Positions 18,896-29,187 of a stretch of 40,686 bases of DNA are shown piece by piece. Below the pieces are notes generated by a model. The model searched no databases, was not told the origin of the DNA, and was given only the letters and a program-made list of their open reading frames with translations. The stretch comes from Promethearchaeota archaeon. Its GTDB lineage: Archaea; Asgardarchaeota; Lokiarchaeia; Sigyniarchaeales; SOKP01. The stretch is taken from the NCBI GenBank assembly GCA_048941285.1, contig JBHLNS010000031.1, positions 1-40,686 of the forward strand. The letters run 5' to 3'. A program made the translations under genes and the position numbers. The first letter of the stretch is position 1. The number at the start of each line of letters is the position of its first letter.

Positions 18896-18980
18896 TATTA
18901 TTCATATATATTATTTTCAACTTAAAATTAGTTTTTTTTGATCGAAAAATATTATATTAAATTGAATTAATATCAAAATT

Positions 18981-19475
18981 ATGGAAATCAATGAATTAAA
19001 GGAGTTTCTAATTAAATCTTGGATGACACATGATGGAATGTGGTTTTTCCATTGTTTAAAGGAGTGTGGCATTGAAAAAACTAATAAAATCAATAAAGCA
19101 GCAGTAAAATCCATGGCAGAAATTGAAATTAAAAGAATTCAAAAAATTTTTGAAATTGGAACAATCGAAAAATTTGAAGATCTCCAAGATATTATGGATA
19201 GAGCTATGAAAGTATTTAAAGCTGATTTTATGGAATTTACATATACATATCCAGAAAATAATCATATCCTTTGTGAAATGAGTAAATGCTGGGCATATGA
19301 TGGAATATTACGTATGGGGGTAATAGATAAATATCAATGTGCTATCTTTTCAAGAATAGAGGGATGGTTTAAAGCTTTAGGTATAAATTTCAATGTAAAA
19401 CCACAATTAAATGGATGTTTAATGCATACTACTGGAAAATGCTCTAGGGATTACTTTTTCTTTCTTAAAGAGTAG
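18981..19475 (+). CDS. DUF6125 / V4R-related small ligand-binding-fold protein
   Basis: WMTHDGMWF...G.E....IN; C-terminal C..Y, C, C....G.C pattern. Confidence 0.6.
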   Translation: MEINELKEFLIKSWMTHDGMWFFHCLKECGIEKTNKINKAAVKSMAEIEIKRIQKIFEIGTIEKFEDLQDIMDRAMKVFKADFMEFTYTYPENNHILCEMSKCWAYDGILRMGVIDKYQCAIFSRIEGWFKALGINFNVKPQLNGCLMHTTGKCSRDYFFFLKE

Positions 19476-19481
19476 AGAGAG

Positions 19482-19922
19482 GTGAATTATTTGAAAGTAA
19501 GTGAAGAAATGAAGCTAAATATTAAAGAACATTTAGGTTATAATGACGAAGAATTAAAAACTTATCTTGAAAATCCAAGGAACATAGATATACTTTCCAA
19601 ATCTTTAAATCTAATGGGTAAAACTATTATTGCTGAGGTTATTGCATCTCACGGCTGCAACAGCCAACATAAAGTTGGACATAAGTTTTATTTTGATGGA
19701 GCGGGAAATCTTCTTACTAAGTTATCCCCTAAAAAAATTTGTATCTATGCTTTATCAGAGCTAGATAAATTAATTTTTACTGCTAATGAATTTTTATATG
19801 CTGGAGTCGATCCAAATGAAATCCGGTTTAAAAGAATAAGCTGTTTTGATGTTGGACTAAAATGTGGCGGATGGGGACAAATTGTTTTGGAAATTAAAAT
19901 AATAGATAGAAAAAAAATTTAA
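19482..19922 (+). CDS. Conserved hypothetical Cys protein (TIGR04076-like)
   Basis: AEVIASHGCNSQHKVGHKF, ICIYAL, SCFD...GQIVLEI; GTG start with GAGAGG upstream, ATG at 19509 is an alternative. Confidence 0.55.
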   Translation: MNYLKVSEEMKLNIKEHLGYNDEELKTYLENPRNIDILSKSLNLMGKTIIAEVIASHGCNSQHKVGHKFYFDGAGNLLTKLSPKKICIYALSELDKLIFTANEFLYAGVDPNEIRFKRISCFDVGLKCGGWGQIVLEIKIIDRKKI

Positions 19923-19929
19923 TAAATTC

Positions 19930-19940
19930 TTTTTTTTTTT
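19930..19940 (+). terminator. T11 tract, candidate terminator
   Basis: Immediately after the stop at 19922. Confidence 0.4.
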
Positions 19941-20092
19941 AAATTTTTAAATAATTCATTGAATTTTCTCATTTGAACAGCAAATTATCTAATTTACTTG
20001 ATGATTTAAGGCAATTTACTATCTAGTGAAAAATTTTTAGTTCTTAGAAAATTCTATTATAAATAATTTCAAACAACTAATAAATGTAAAAA

Positions 20093-21598
20093 ATGAACGA
20101 GTATAGTATCACCGAAATTCAAACTTTAATGGAAAAAGGGAAACTTTCAGCAATAAAATTATGTGAAATGTATCTAACTCGTATTAATGAAATTGATAAA
20201 AAAGGACCTAAATTAAACGCTATCATTGAAATAAATCCCGAGGCAATGAAAATTGCGGAAAAATTAGATGGGGAACGGAAAAATAAGAAAATTCGTGGAC
20301 CTCTGCACGGCATTCCAGTAATTATTAAAGATAATATCAATACTGCTGATAAAATGCAAACTACCGCAGGATCTCTGGCTTTTAAAGGCCATCATGCTTT
20401 AAAAGATGCATTTATTGTCAAGAAATTAAGAGATTCGGGAGCTATAATTCTGGCAAAAGCAAATTTAAGTGAATGGGCAAATTTCAGATCAACAAGGTCC
20501 ACAAGCGGGTGGAGTAGTCGTGGAGGTCAAACCTTTAACCCTTATGTTTTGAATAGAAACCCATGTGGTTCTAGCTCTGGATCTGCCGTAGCCGTAGCAG
20601 CAAACTTATGTTCTGTGGCTATAGGAACTGAAACTGATGGGTCGATAATATGCCCTTCACACTCCAATTCAATTATTGGTCTAAAACCTACTATTGGATT
20701 AATTAGTAGAACTGGAATAATTCCAATTTCACATAATCAAGACACTGCGGGACCTATGGCTAGAACGGTTCAAGATGCTGCAATTTTATTGAATGTAATG
20801 GTTGGATTGGATCCAGATGATTCTAGCACTAAAGTAATTCATCACAAATCTCCAGTAGATTATACACAGTTCTTAGACAATGATGGTTTAAGAGGATCTA
20901 AAATAGGTGTTGCACGTAATTATTTTGGTAATAGTGATCTAATTGATAAAATTATAGAAAAAGCAATTTTAAAAATAAAAGAACTCGGCGCTGAGATAAT
21001 AGATCCAGTTGAAATAAAAATTATTGATGATTTAAGAGAAGCAGAATTCCAAGTTCTCTTATATGATTTTAAAAATGATTTAAATGAGTATTTAGCTAAA
21101 TTTGGGCCAATTAATAGCTTAAAAAGCCTTACCGATATTATTAAATTTAATTACAAACATCAAAAAAAAGTAATGCCTTATTTTGGTCAAGAGTTATTTA
21201 CGATGGCAAATGAAAAAAGCTCAATAACTAGTGATGAATACAAAGAAGCATTAAAACAATGTCAAGTTTTAGCTCAAGCTGAAGGAATTGATGCAGTTTT
21301 ACAAGAACATCAATTAGATGCTATTATTGCGCCTAGTGGAGGAACAGCATGGCTAATCGATTATATTAATGGAGATCATTCTAGTGGCGGGAGTTCTTCT
21401 GCAGCTGCAGTCGCAGGATATCCTAATATAACGGTTCCAGCGGGTTATGTATATGGCTTGCCAGTGGGAATTTCATTTTTTGGTGGTCCTTTTGAGGAAC
21501 CAAAACTACTCAAAATTGCTTATGCCTTCGAACAAGCAACAAAAATACGCAAACAACCTAATTTTCTACCAAAAATAGAATTAAATGCATATCTATAA
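20093..21598 (+). CDS. Amidase-signature family amidase
   Basis: GPLHGIPVIIKDN, NPCGSSSGS and GTETDGSI supply the Lys-cisSer-Ser triad. Confidence 0.93.
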   Translation: MNEYSITEIQTLMEKGKLSAIKLCEMYLTRINEIDKKGPKLNAIIEINPEAMKIAEKLDGERKNKKIRGPLHGIPVIIKDNINTADKMQTTAGSLAFKGHHALKDAFIVKKLRDSGAIILAKANLSEWANFRSTRSTSGWSSRGGQTFNPYVLNRNPCGSSSGSAVAVAANLCSVAIGTETDGSIICPSHSNSIIGLKPTIGLISRTGIIPISHNQDTAGPMARTVQDAAILLNVMVGLDPDDSSTKVIHHKSPVDYTQFLDNDGLRGSKIGVARNYFGNSDLIDKIIEKAILKIKELGAEIIDPVEIKIIDDLREAEFQVLLYDFKNDLNEYLAKFGPINSLKSLTDIIKFNYKHQKKVMPYFGQELFTMANEKSSITSDEYKEALKQCQVLAQAEGIDAVLQEHQLDAIIAPSGGTAWLIDYINGDHSSGGSSSAAAVAGYPNITVPAGYVYGLPVGISFFGGPFEEPKLLKIAYAFEQATKIRKQPNFLPKIELNAYL

Positions 21599-21628
21599 AA
21601 GCTTTAAGACTTTTAAATGAGCTGATTT

Positions 21629-23251
21629 ATGATGGGGTTATTTCTAGGGTTAGATTGCTCAACTCAGAGTCTAACTAGTCTAATAATAGATTTCGAAAGA
21701 GGTAAAATAATTTCTCGAAATAGTATAAATTTTGATGAGGAATTACCGAATTATGAAACACAAAAAGGAATTATTATTTTAGACGATAATACAGTCATTC
21801 ATTCATATCCACTTATGTGGGTTGAGGCATTAGAACTATTATTCGAAAAACTCAAAAGGGATAAAATATCTTTACATGAAATTAAAGCAATTTCAGGATC
21901 TGGACAACAACATGGGACAGTTTATTTAAACGATACATTTGAAAATGCTCTTAAATCATTAGATTTACAAAAATCTATAGTAAATCAATTGCATTCTACA
22001 CTTTCTCGTCAAACAAGTCCTATTTGGATGGATTCAAGCACGAATCACCAATGTAAGGAAATTCGCGAGAAATTAGGTGGATTAAAATCAACAGTCAAAT
22101 TATTAGGATCAGATATAACTGAACGATTTTCTGGGCCTCAGATAAGAAAGTTCTATGAAGAAGAGCCTGACAAATTTAACCATACTTCAATTATTCATTT
22201 AGTAAGCTCATTTATGGCTTCAATTCTACTAGGTAAAAATGCTCCAATTGATCATGGAGATGGTGCTGGTATGAATTTAATGAATATAAAGACTAAAAGG
22301 TGGGATAATCGTGCATTAGATGCAACCGCCCCCAGCTTAGAAGAAAAATTACCTACTCTTGTAAAGCCTTCCACAATTATTGGAGGACTGTCTTCATATT
22401 TTGTAGAAAAATTTGGATTTAATAAGGATACTGATCTTATAGTATGGTCTGGTGATAACCCGAATAGCCTTATAGGTATTGGATTAACTGAAAAGGGAAA
22501 GATTGCTATAAGTTTGGGTACTAGTGATACTTATTTTGGTTACTTAAAAGAATTATGTTTTGACTTTAATGGGGAAGGTCATATTTTTGGAGCACCAACA
22601 GGAAATTATATGGGCTTAATTTGTTATAAAAACGGTTCTCTAGCAAGAGAACGAATAAAGGAGAAATATAATCTAAATTGGGACGAATTTTCTAAAATTT
22701 TGAATAATACTCCTCCGGGAAATAATGGAAAAATAATGATACCCTACTTTTTTCCTGAAATTGTTCCAAAGGTATTAAAACCAAAAGTTTATCGTTTTGG
22801 TTTTGATGAAAATGATATAGAAGGAAATATAAGGGGTATTATTGAAGCCCAGTTCTTGTCTATGAAGCTTCATTCAAAATGGATTACAGAAAAGCCTGAA
22901 GAAGTTTATGCTACTGGTGGCGCTTCAGTAAATAGAAACATACTTCAAATATTAGCAAATATTTTTAACACAAAGGTTCGTATGTTTGACTTTACAGACT
23001 CAGCAGCCTTGGGTGCAGCATTCAGGGCAGCAAAATCATATTTTGATTCTAAGGATGAGATAAAAAATTGGGATGAAATAGTAGGCAAATTTATAAATCT
23101 ACAAGAAAGTATAGTAATTGAACCAGATAATAAATGTAAAGAATTATATGATGATATGGTTGAACTTTTTGAGAAATATGAAGACTTTGTTGTTAGAAAT
23201 AGAGAAAATCCTGAATTAGCTCGCTTAGATTTTATTAAGAAACATTTTTAG
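21629..23251 (+). CDS. xylB: FGGY-family xylulokinase, eukaryote (XKS1/XYLB)-like subtype
   Basis: LGLDCSTQ, SGSGQQHG, PIWMDSST, ERFSGPQIRK, IHLVSSFMAS, GDNP, SLGTSDT, CYKNGSLARE, TGGASVN. Confidence 0.85.
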   Translation: MMGLFLGLDCSTQSLTSLIIDFERGKIISRNSINFDEELPNYETQKGIIILDDNTVIHSYPLMWVEALELLFEKLKRDKISLHEIKAISGSGQQHGTVYLNDTFENALKSLDLQKSIVNQLHSTLSRQTSPIWMDSSTNHQCKEIREKLGGLKSTVKLLGSDITERFSGPQIRKFYEEEPDKFNHTSIIHLVSSFMASILLGKNAPIDHGDGAGMNLMNIKTKRWDNRALDATAPSLEEKLPTLVKPSTIIGGLSSYFVEKFGFNKDTDLIVWSGDNPNSLIGIGLTEKGKIAISLGTSDTYFGYLKELCFDFNGEGHIFGAPTGNYMGLICYKNGSLARERIKEKYNLNWDEFSKILNNTPPGNNGKIMIPYFFPEIVPKVLKPKVYRFGFDENDIEGNIRGIIEAQFLSMKLHSKWITEKPEEVYATGGASVNRNILQILANIFNTKVRMFDFTDSAALGAAFRAAKSYFDSKDEIKNWDEIVGKFINLQESIVIEPDNKCKELYDDMVELFEKYEDFVVRNRENPELARLDFIKKHF

Positions 23252-23364
23252 AATGAAAAATTCTCAATATTACTTATAGGAATTAAAATAATTAAATTAT
23301 AATCGATTCAATAATAAATCTTCTATCATTACCATTAACAATTATTTCATAAATTGAAAAAACT

Positions 23365-23859
23365 ATGGCAATTAAAGCAGGCGATATAATAAAAGTGGAG
23401 TATGTTGGCTCTTTTGATGATGGAACAATATTCGATAGTACTGAAGTTAATGGAGGTGCTCCTTTAAAATTTGAGGTTGGAGCTGGACAAATTATTCCGG
23501 GGTTTGATACCTCTGTAGTTGGTAAATCAGTTGGAGACGAATATAATATTAGATTAGAACCTTCTGAAGCATATGGAGATTATAAGGAAGGAATGACACA
23601 ATCTATTTCAAAAGATCAATTTCCCCCAGAACAAGAACCAGAAGAGGGATTAATGATTTTATTAATAGGTCCACAAGGCCAACCAGTCCCCGCAACAATT
23701 AAAGAAGTTAATGATGATATAGTCACAATAGATTTAAATCATCCGATGGCAGGAAAAGTGTTAAACTTTAAAATTAAAATAATAGAAACCGGTTGTGAAC
23801 CTGATCTTCCTCAAGCATGCGGTTGTGGGCACGATCACGACCATAACCATGAGAACTAA
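23365..23859 (+). CDS. slyD: FKBP-type peptidyl-prolyl isomerase, SlyD-like
   Basis: GTIFDST, G.GQIIPGF, P.EAYG, DLNHPMAGKVLNF; tail CGCGHDHDHNHEN. Confidence 0.9.
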   Translation: MAIKAGDIIKVEYVGSFDDGTIFDSTEVNGGAPLKFEVGAGQIIPGFDTSVVGKSVGDEYNIRLEPSEAYGDYKEGMTQSISKDQFPPEQEPEEGLMILLIGPQGQPVPATIKEVNDDIVTIDLNHPMAGKVLNFKIKIIETGCEPDLPQACGCGHDHDHNHEN

Positions 23860-24060
23860 TATTTTAGAGATATAAATATTTTTAATCTGCATCTCAAATC
23901 CTTTTTCTTTTTATCCTCTATGTCAATATAAAAAGATAATCCTAGAAGTATTTTTTTATAATTTCGTATTAAAAGAACAGAAAAACACTTTCTCAATAAA
24001 TTAAAATTATAAAACTCATTTTACCAACCATCAAATAACTATAGAATATTTTGTTACAAA

Positions 24061-25482
24061 ATGGCTATAGGGACTAAAACAAAATCAATAAACTCCTATA
24101 ATAGGATATTTTGGCCCTTATATATTTTAAATGGACTCCAAAGCGTGGCATATGGTGCTATGATTGTCCTTGTAGTAGCCCTTGCTCTAATTATTTGGCC
24201 AAATGACCCTGCTGATATACATGCTTTAGAAATGGGGGCTCTATTAACAACTTTAGCCTGGAGTAGTTCTTTTGGAGGCCTACTTTTTGGTAGATTGATT
24301 GATAAATACTCCCGAAAAAAAATCATTATAATTATTTCACTATTCAGAGGCTTTTCAATGATAATCTTAGGTTTTGCGATTAAAGGAGGTGGATTTGATA
24401 CTTGGCTTTACTTTTTTGTTTTAATATCAATTTTTGGCTTTTTTGCCGGAGGTTCTTGGCCAGCCATCAACTCATTATCTAATGATGTTGTTCCTAGAGA
24501 TCATCGTTCTCGATTTTTTGGGGTCTATCAAATTGTCCTTAATACAACAAATATTATAGGGTGGTTAATAGCTACATTTTTAGTCCAAATTGGTCTATGG
24601 AGGATATTTTTCTGGGGTATAGGAGTATTTATTCTTCTTGGAGGTCTAATTTTTGCCATTCAGAATGAAGAACCAAAAAGGGGTTCACAACAAGAAGAAT
24701 TAATTCATGTGCTTCAAGATGATTCTATAGAATATGATTTTCAAATAAACTATAAAATGATGCGAAAAACTATGCTTAGTAGAACTAATTGTGTAGCTCT
24801 AATTGAAGGCATTTTTACTTGTATTCTTATGAGTAGTCTTAATTTTTTAATATTAAATTATGTTCAGAATCCTCCTTATAATATGGCACCATTCTCTATT
24901 GGTGTCTTTATGGTTGTTTTCGGCTTAACGGGGGGATTGGTTGGGCAAATAGCTTTATCAAGATTAAGTGATAAAATTGCGATAAGAAATCCGGTTAGGA
25001 GATTACCTATTATCGTCATCGCTATAATTGGGGGTTTAATAACTTTTGCTCTTTTCTTTTTTCTTCCTTGGGTCCCTTTAACACCTGAGCAAGGTATGAA
25101 TATCGCTTATATTATGACAATTCCAACAATGTGGCTTATGGGCGCACTATTTTTCAGCTCAAGAAGTATCTTTTCCCTTTATATTGTGAATCAAAGTCCT
25201 GTAATTCAACAGATCAACTTGCCCGAAGCACAAGGTCAAATTTTTTCTTGGAATCAATTTCTAGAACAATTTGGAAGAGGGATTGGATATTCATTATGTG
25301 GAGTTTTACTAGCTTTTACGCATACAAATTATCAAATAACGGTTTTAATAGTTTGTTCGTGTATTATTCCTGGAGTAATCCTATGGATTCTTGCTATGAA
25401 GTGGTTTCCCATGGATAGTGAAAATATAAAATCTATTTTGGCTGAACGAGCAGAGCTTCTGCACTCTAGAAAAAAGAATTAG
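24061..25482 (+). CDS. MFS transporter
   Basis: FGRLIDKYSRK motif A, repeated as SRLSDK; about 12 TM segments. Confidence 0.88.
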   Translation: MAIGTKTKSINSYNRIFWPLYILNGLQSVAYGAMIVLVVALALIIWPNDPADIHALEMGALLTTLAWSSSFGGLLFGRLIDKYSRKKIIIIISLFRGFSMIILGFAIKGGGFDTWLYFFVLISIFGFFAGGSWPAINSLSNDVVPRDHRSRFFGVYQIVLNTTNIIGWLIATFLVQIGLWRIFFWGIGVFILLGGLIFAIQNEEPKRGSQQEELIHVLQDDSIEYDFQINYKMMRKTMLSRTNCVALIEGIFTCILMSSLNFLILNYVQNPPYNMAPFSIGVFMVVFGLTGGLVGQIALSRLSDKIAIRNPVRRLPIIVIAIIGGLITFALFFFLPWVPLTPEQGMNIAYIMTIPTMWLMGALFFSSRSIFSLYIVNQSPVIQQINLPEAQGQIFSWNQFLEQFGRGIGYSLCGVLLAFTHTNYQITVLIVCSCIIPGVILWILAMKWFPMDSENIKSILAERAELLHSRKKN

Positions 25483-25494
25483 AACAAGAATATT

Positions 25495-25617
25495 TTATAT
25501 CCAATTTAAAATAAATGAAGCTAATGAATTAAAAATCATATTACTATTCACGTCGATATTAGGGAGCTCATTTTTGAAAGAAGATAACTTACATGGATTC
25601 ATAAATATGTTGCTCAT
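25495..25617 (-). CDS. Possible 40-aa small ORF
   Basis: MSNIFMNPCKLSSFKNELPNIDVNSNMIFNSLASFILNWI*. It fills the gap after the MFS gene and has a TATA-like run about 30 nt upstream. No recognisable motif. Confidence 0.25.
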   Translation of the reverse strand: MSNIFMNPCKLSSFKNELPNIDVNSNMIFNSLASFILNWI

Positions 25618-25780
25618 ATGTAATTTTATTCACGTTAATTAAATTTGTATATATATATTTCTATAGAGATACTAATTAATAATTACCAAAGTCTTAAAAA
25701 TCTTTAAATCAAATAGAACATAAAATTGTTTTAAAATTATTCAGAAATCATTTAAATCTATATTAAAAGAGCGAAAAAAA

Positions 25781-26557
25781 ATGATATCCTTTATTTTATT
25801 AGGAATTTTTGGTACATGGGTTTTAGTGAATAGATTTAGTAAAGAAGGTAAAGTCGCAGGACATCCCCTCGGAATGCCTCGTGGAACTGTTAGAGCATTA
25901 AGCACAATTATGATTGTTGCCTTTCCTTTTGGTTATATATTAGACGGTAAGGATATTCCTAGTCTTATAGTAAATGTCATCTTTGTCGTGGTTGCTTTTT
26001 ACTTTGAAGCAAGAAGAACTGAACGGGATAAAATAAGAGAAATTGTTAACGAGATGAAGAGTCCAGACATTATTCTTGAAGATTCTAGAAAGGAAAAAAA
26101 GCCTTTATACTTACCCAGATATTCTGTGAGAATTCTATTGTTACTCCTATTGGCAATAATATTAATCTCTAATTACTTTGGTCCACATGTTGCTTTTGAG
26201 GTAACTAATACAATATTTGATTTACTGATAATAGTCACTTTATTTATAATTGGTTCTTTTTTCAGATCTATCGTAAATTCTCGAGAAAGGAAAAGTCTAA
26301 AGGAAAAAATAGGGAATATGGATTCTTCTCTATCCGAAGTTGAAATTATTGAAAAGTTGATATTAGAAGAATCTAATTGGTGGAAAAGAAAAGGTAGGAA
26401 TATTCTTTCAGTAACGATGTTCGTAATAGTAGTATCAGCATTAATTTGTTTTACCTTCCGAATTGATTTAACCATAATTAATCTGATAGATTACGAATTG
26501 ACACTTGTTGGTTTTTTATTATTATTAATTAATGCCTATTATGGTTTTAGAGATTAA
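25781..26557 (+). CDS. Hypothetical membrane protein with internal duplication
   Basis: HPLGMPRGTVRA and KPLYLPRYSVRI each precede a TM hairpin. Confidence 0.75.
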   Translation: MISFILLGIFGTWVLVNRFSKEGKVAGHPLGMPRGTVRALSTIMIVAFPFGYILDGKDIPSLIVNVIFVVVAFYFEARRTERDKIREIVNEMKSPDIILEDSRKEKKPLYLPRYSVRILLLLLLAIILISNYFGPHVAFEVTNTIFDLLIIVTLFIIGSFFRSIVNSRERKSLKEKIGNMDSSLSEVEIIEKLILEESNWWKRKGRNILSVTMFVIVVSALICFTFRIDLTIINLIDYELTLVGFLLLLINAYYGFRD

Positions 26558-26567
26558 ATAATACCAA

Positions 26568-26578
26568 TTTTTTTTTTT
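26568..26578 (+). terminator. T11 tract, candidate terminator
   Basis: About 10 nt after the stop at 26557. Confidence 0.4.
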
Positions 26579-26691
26579 ATCTATTTTCTATAGTGAGGAA
26601 TTTCCTCTTTTTTAAAATACAGAAGAATTATAATGCATATTAAATATATAATAATAAACTTGTAAATTAAATAATATTAGGTAGACCAAAG

Positions 26692-27813
26692 ATGATAACT
26701 GAAGAGATTAGCAAAGATTCTGATATTTATAGAGCTTTACAAGAACATCTTGACCAAATGCCAATTGGTTTTCCTAAAGCAGATTCTGGATCAGATATTC
26801 GAGTTCTTAAGCACTTTTTTACACCTGAAGAAGCAGAAATAGCTACTTTTCTAAGATTTGGGTGGAATAGGGATCTTGAGCCAATAGAACAAATTTATAA
26901 AAGAATTAAACATACTGGAATTGCACTAAACGAATTAGAGGCAAAACTAGAGAATATGGTCAGAAAAGGATCTATTTTATCGAGAAGAAAAGGAGAAAAG
27001 AAATATTATGCTAATGCGATGCTAATTATAGGGATGTATGAATTCCAAGTTAATAAACTCACAATGGAATTCTTAAAAGATTTTGATGAATATCTAAATG
27101 AGATATGGGGTGCTGAAGCAAATAAAACGGATTACCATCAGCTCCGAACAATACCCGTTGAAAAAAGCATTGACCCTAAACTTAACGTTGCTCCTTATGA
27201 TAATATCCAAAAGATTATAGAAGAAAGTATTGGGCCCTTCGCAAAAATTAATTGCATTTGTCGTCAAGAGAGGGATTTGTATGGAAAACCATGTAAAATG
27301 ACGAAACATGAGGACAATTGCCTTGGTTTTGGAGGTATGATTCAAACATACATAGATCAAGGATGGGCTACCAAAATTACTAAGGAGGAAACACTAAAAA
27401 TTCTGCAAAAAAATCAAGAAGAAGGTTTAATACTCCGACCAAGTAATTCTCAAGATGTTGAATTTATTTGCAGTTGTTGTTATTGCTGTGACAGAGGGAT
27501 CGCAGTGTTATTAAAAGTTCCTGATCCTGTTAATTACGTAGTATCTAATTATTATTCAGAAGTAGATCCTGATTTATGTACTGGTTGTGGAACTTGTGTT
27601 GATCGCTGTCAAATAAAAGCTATTACACTTGTAGATGATCTCTCTTCAATTGATAGAATGAGATGTATTGGTTGTGGAAATTGTGTTACTACTTGCCCTT
27701 CTGAAGCAATTATGCTCCAAAAAAAAGAAGAACAATATGTCCCTCCTAAAAGGATGGATGATCTTTATGATTTGATTCTAAAAGAAAAATCTAACATAAA
27801 AGGAAAAGGATAA
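26692..27813 (+). CDS. Multi-Fe-S protein with C-terminal 2x[4Fe-4S] ferredoxin domain
   Basis: CICR, ICSCCYCC, CTGCGTCVDRC, CIGCGNCVTTCP. Confidence 0.85.
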   Translation: MITEEISKDSDIYRALQEHLDQMPIGFPKADSGSDIRVLKHFFTPEEAEIATFLRFGWNRDLEPIEQIYKRIKHTGIALNELEAKLENMVRKGSILSRRKGEKKYYANAMLIIGMYEFQVNKLTMEFLKDFDEYLNEIWGAEANKTDYHQLRTIPVEKSIDPKLNVAPYDNIQKIIEESIGPFAKINCICRQERDLYGKPCKMTKHEDNCLGFGGMIQTYIDQGWATKITKEETLKILQKNQEEGLILRPSNSQDVEFICSCCYCCDRGIAVLLKVPDPVNYVVSNYYSEVDPDLCTGCGTCVDRCQIKAITLVDDLSSIDRMRCIGCGNCVTTCPSEAIMLQKKEEQYVPPKRMDDLYDLILKEKSNIKGKG

Positions 27814-27821
27814 ATAATAGC

Positions 27822-28646
27822 TTACTTGTTCAAACGCATTGCTTTCCTTATAAATGGTTGCAAACTCTTACCTTTATTCCAATACCATTCAAACAATTCC
27901 TTAGTCCAATTTACAAAAGAATCATGATTATCAATTAAACTTTGACTATAATCAATCTCACCGTCTTTACTCAAGAAAAGTATCGCTCCTTTATCAGAAA
28001 CGATTAAAGATATTTTAATTTCTTCCAAAATTCGAATATTTTCTAACATTTCTTTGAAAAATACCTTTGGATCTTCAAATAATTTTGACCAACCATCTGG
28101 AATGTTATAAGACTTCAATAGGCTTTTATCGACTAATGCTCTTATCTTGATTGATTTTTTTCTCATTTTATTTTCTGCTTCTTTTAATAACGATTTTTGA
28201 TATTGATCTGTTATTGCATAAAGAAAATTTTCAGAATTTTTTACAAGATTTTCAAATATTTCCATATTTTCCATAGTCTTATTCCCAAACTCAACACCTT
28301 TTAATTTTCCTAATTTAAATATCAAGAACACAGGAATAGAGGTAATTTCATGACTATTAAAGAAATCTTTATGAACTAATGAAACCTCTAAAATATCCAT
28401 CATCCTGATGAAAATTTTACCAATATTAGTTATCTGATATTCATTATTTAAGTCTTTCATAACGAGACTTTTTTCACTCAAACGTTTTAAATGACGAGAG
28501 ATTTCAGAACCGGGGATTTTTAATTCCTGTTGAAGTTGGCTGTGTCTTTTTCCTTCATCATATAATTTTTTTAACACATTATACCTCTCTATGTGAGAAA
28601 ATTCAAATAATAGATCGTTTAAATTCAAAATAGTTCCCATTGACAA
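27822..28646 (-). CDS. Winged-helix transcriptional regulator with C-terminal DUF1724-like domain
   Basis: RYNVLKKL...EISRHLKRL...YQITNIG and C-terminal W..ELFEWYW; divergent from the acyl-CoA operon. Confidence 0.8.
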   Translation of the reverse strand: MSMGTILNLNDLLFEFSHIERYNVLKKLYDEGKRHSQLQQELKIPGSEISRHLKRLSEKSLVMKDLNNEYQITNIGKIFIRMMDILEVSLVHKDFFNSHEITSIPVFLIFKLGKLKGVEFGNKTMENMEIFENLVKNSENFLYAITDQYQKSLLKEAENKMRKKSIKIRALVDKSLLKSYNIPDGWSKLFEDPKVFFKEMLENIRILEEIKISLIVSDKGAILFLSKDGEIDYSQSLIDNHDSFVNWTKELFEWYWNKGKSLQPFIRKAMRLNK

Positions 28647-28685
28647 TTTTTTCTTTTTTATTATATCAAAAGATTTTTCAAATAA

Positions 28686-28737
28686 AAATTTAAATTGATT
28701 TAAATAATTTAGAAAAAATTAAACTCAATTTAAATTT
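28686..28737. promoter_or_regulatory. Perfect 13-bp inverted repeat with 26-nt spacer, candidate operator
   Basis: AAATTTAAATTGA (28686-28698) and TCAATTTAAATTT (28725-28737); low complexity. Confidence 0.3.
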
Positions 28738-28887
28738 CTTTAAAATAGTTATAGGGTTCATTTTTTAGCTTTTTAATGATATAAGACTAAAAAATATGTT
28801 TAAAACAGTAAAATGTTCAAAATTCAAATGAAATCTAATTTAAATAAAATTTTAAGACTTTAATTTAAAGAAAGTTGGTGAACAATT

Positions 28888-29187
28888 ATGTATGAAGAAT
28901 TAGAATTACGAGCGTTAAAATTATTGGCAAAAAATTTTGAATATAACCAAGCATTACATATGGAAGCTGATCTAATGGCAGAATTGCTTGGTGTTAAGAA
29001 GAAAGACATTCAACCAGTACTTAGAGCATTAAGTGATGCAAATCTTGCTAATCTCTATGTAGAAGGGGATAAAATCAAATTAGCAAAAATTTCATGGCAA
29101 GGATTAAATGAAATTGGTGAAGTAAATTTAAAGTTTGGCATGGGAAAGGATGCATACAAGAATTATAATGCGGAGGGGTATCGATAA
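28888..29187 (+). CDS. Small winged-helix-like protein abutting the acyl-CoA dehydrogenase
   Basis: MAELLGVKKKDIQPVLRALSDANL...AKISWQG helix-turn-helix-wing pattern; GGTGA SD; its TAA is followed directly by the next ATG. Confidence 0.7.
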   Translation: MYEELELRALKLLAKNFEYNQALHMEADLMAELLGVKKKDIQPVLRALSDANLANLYVEGDKIKLAKISWQGLNEIGEVNLKFGMGKDAYKNYNAEGYR

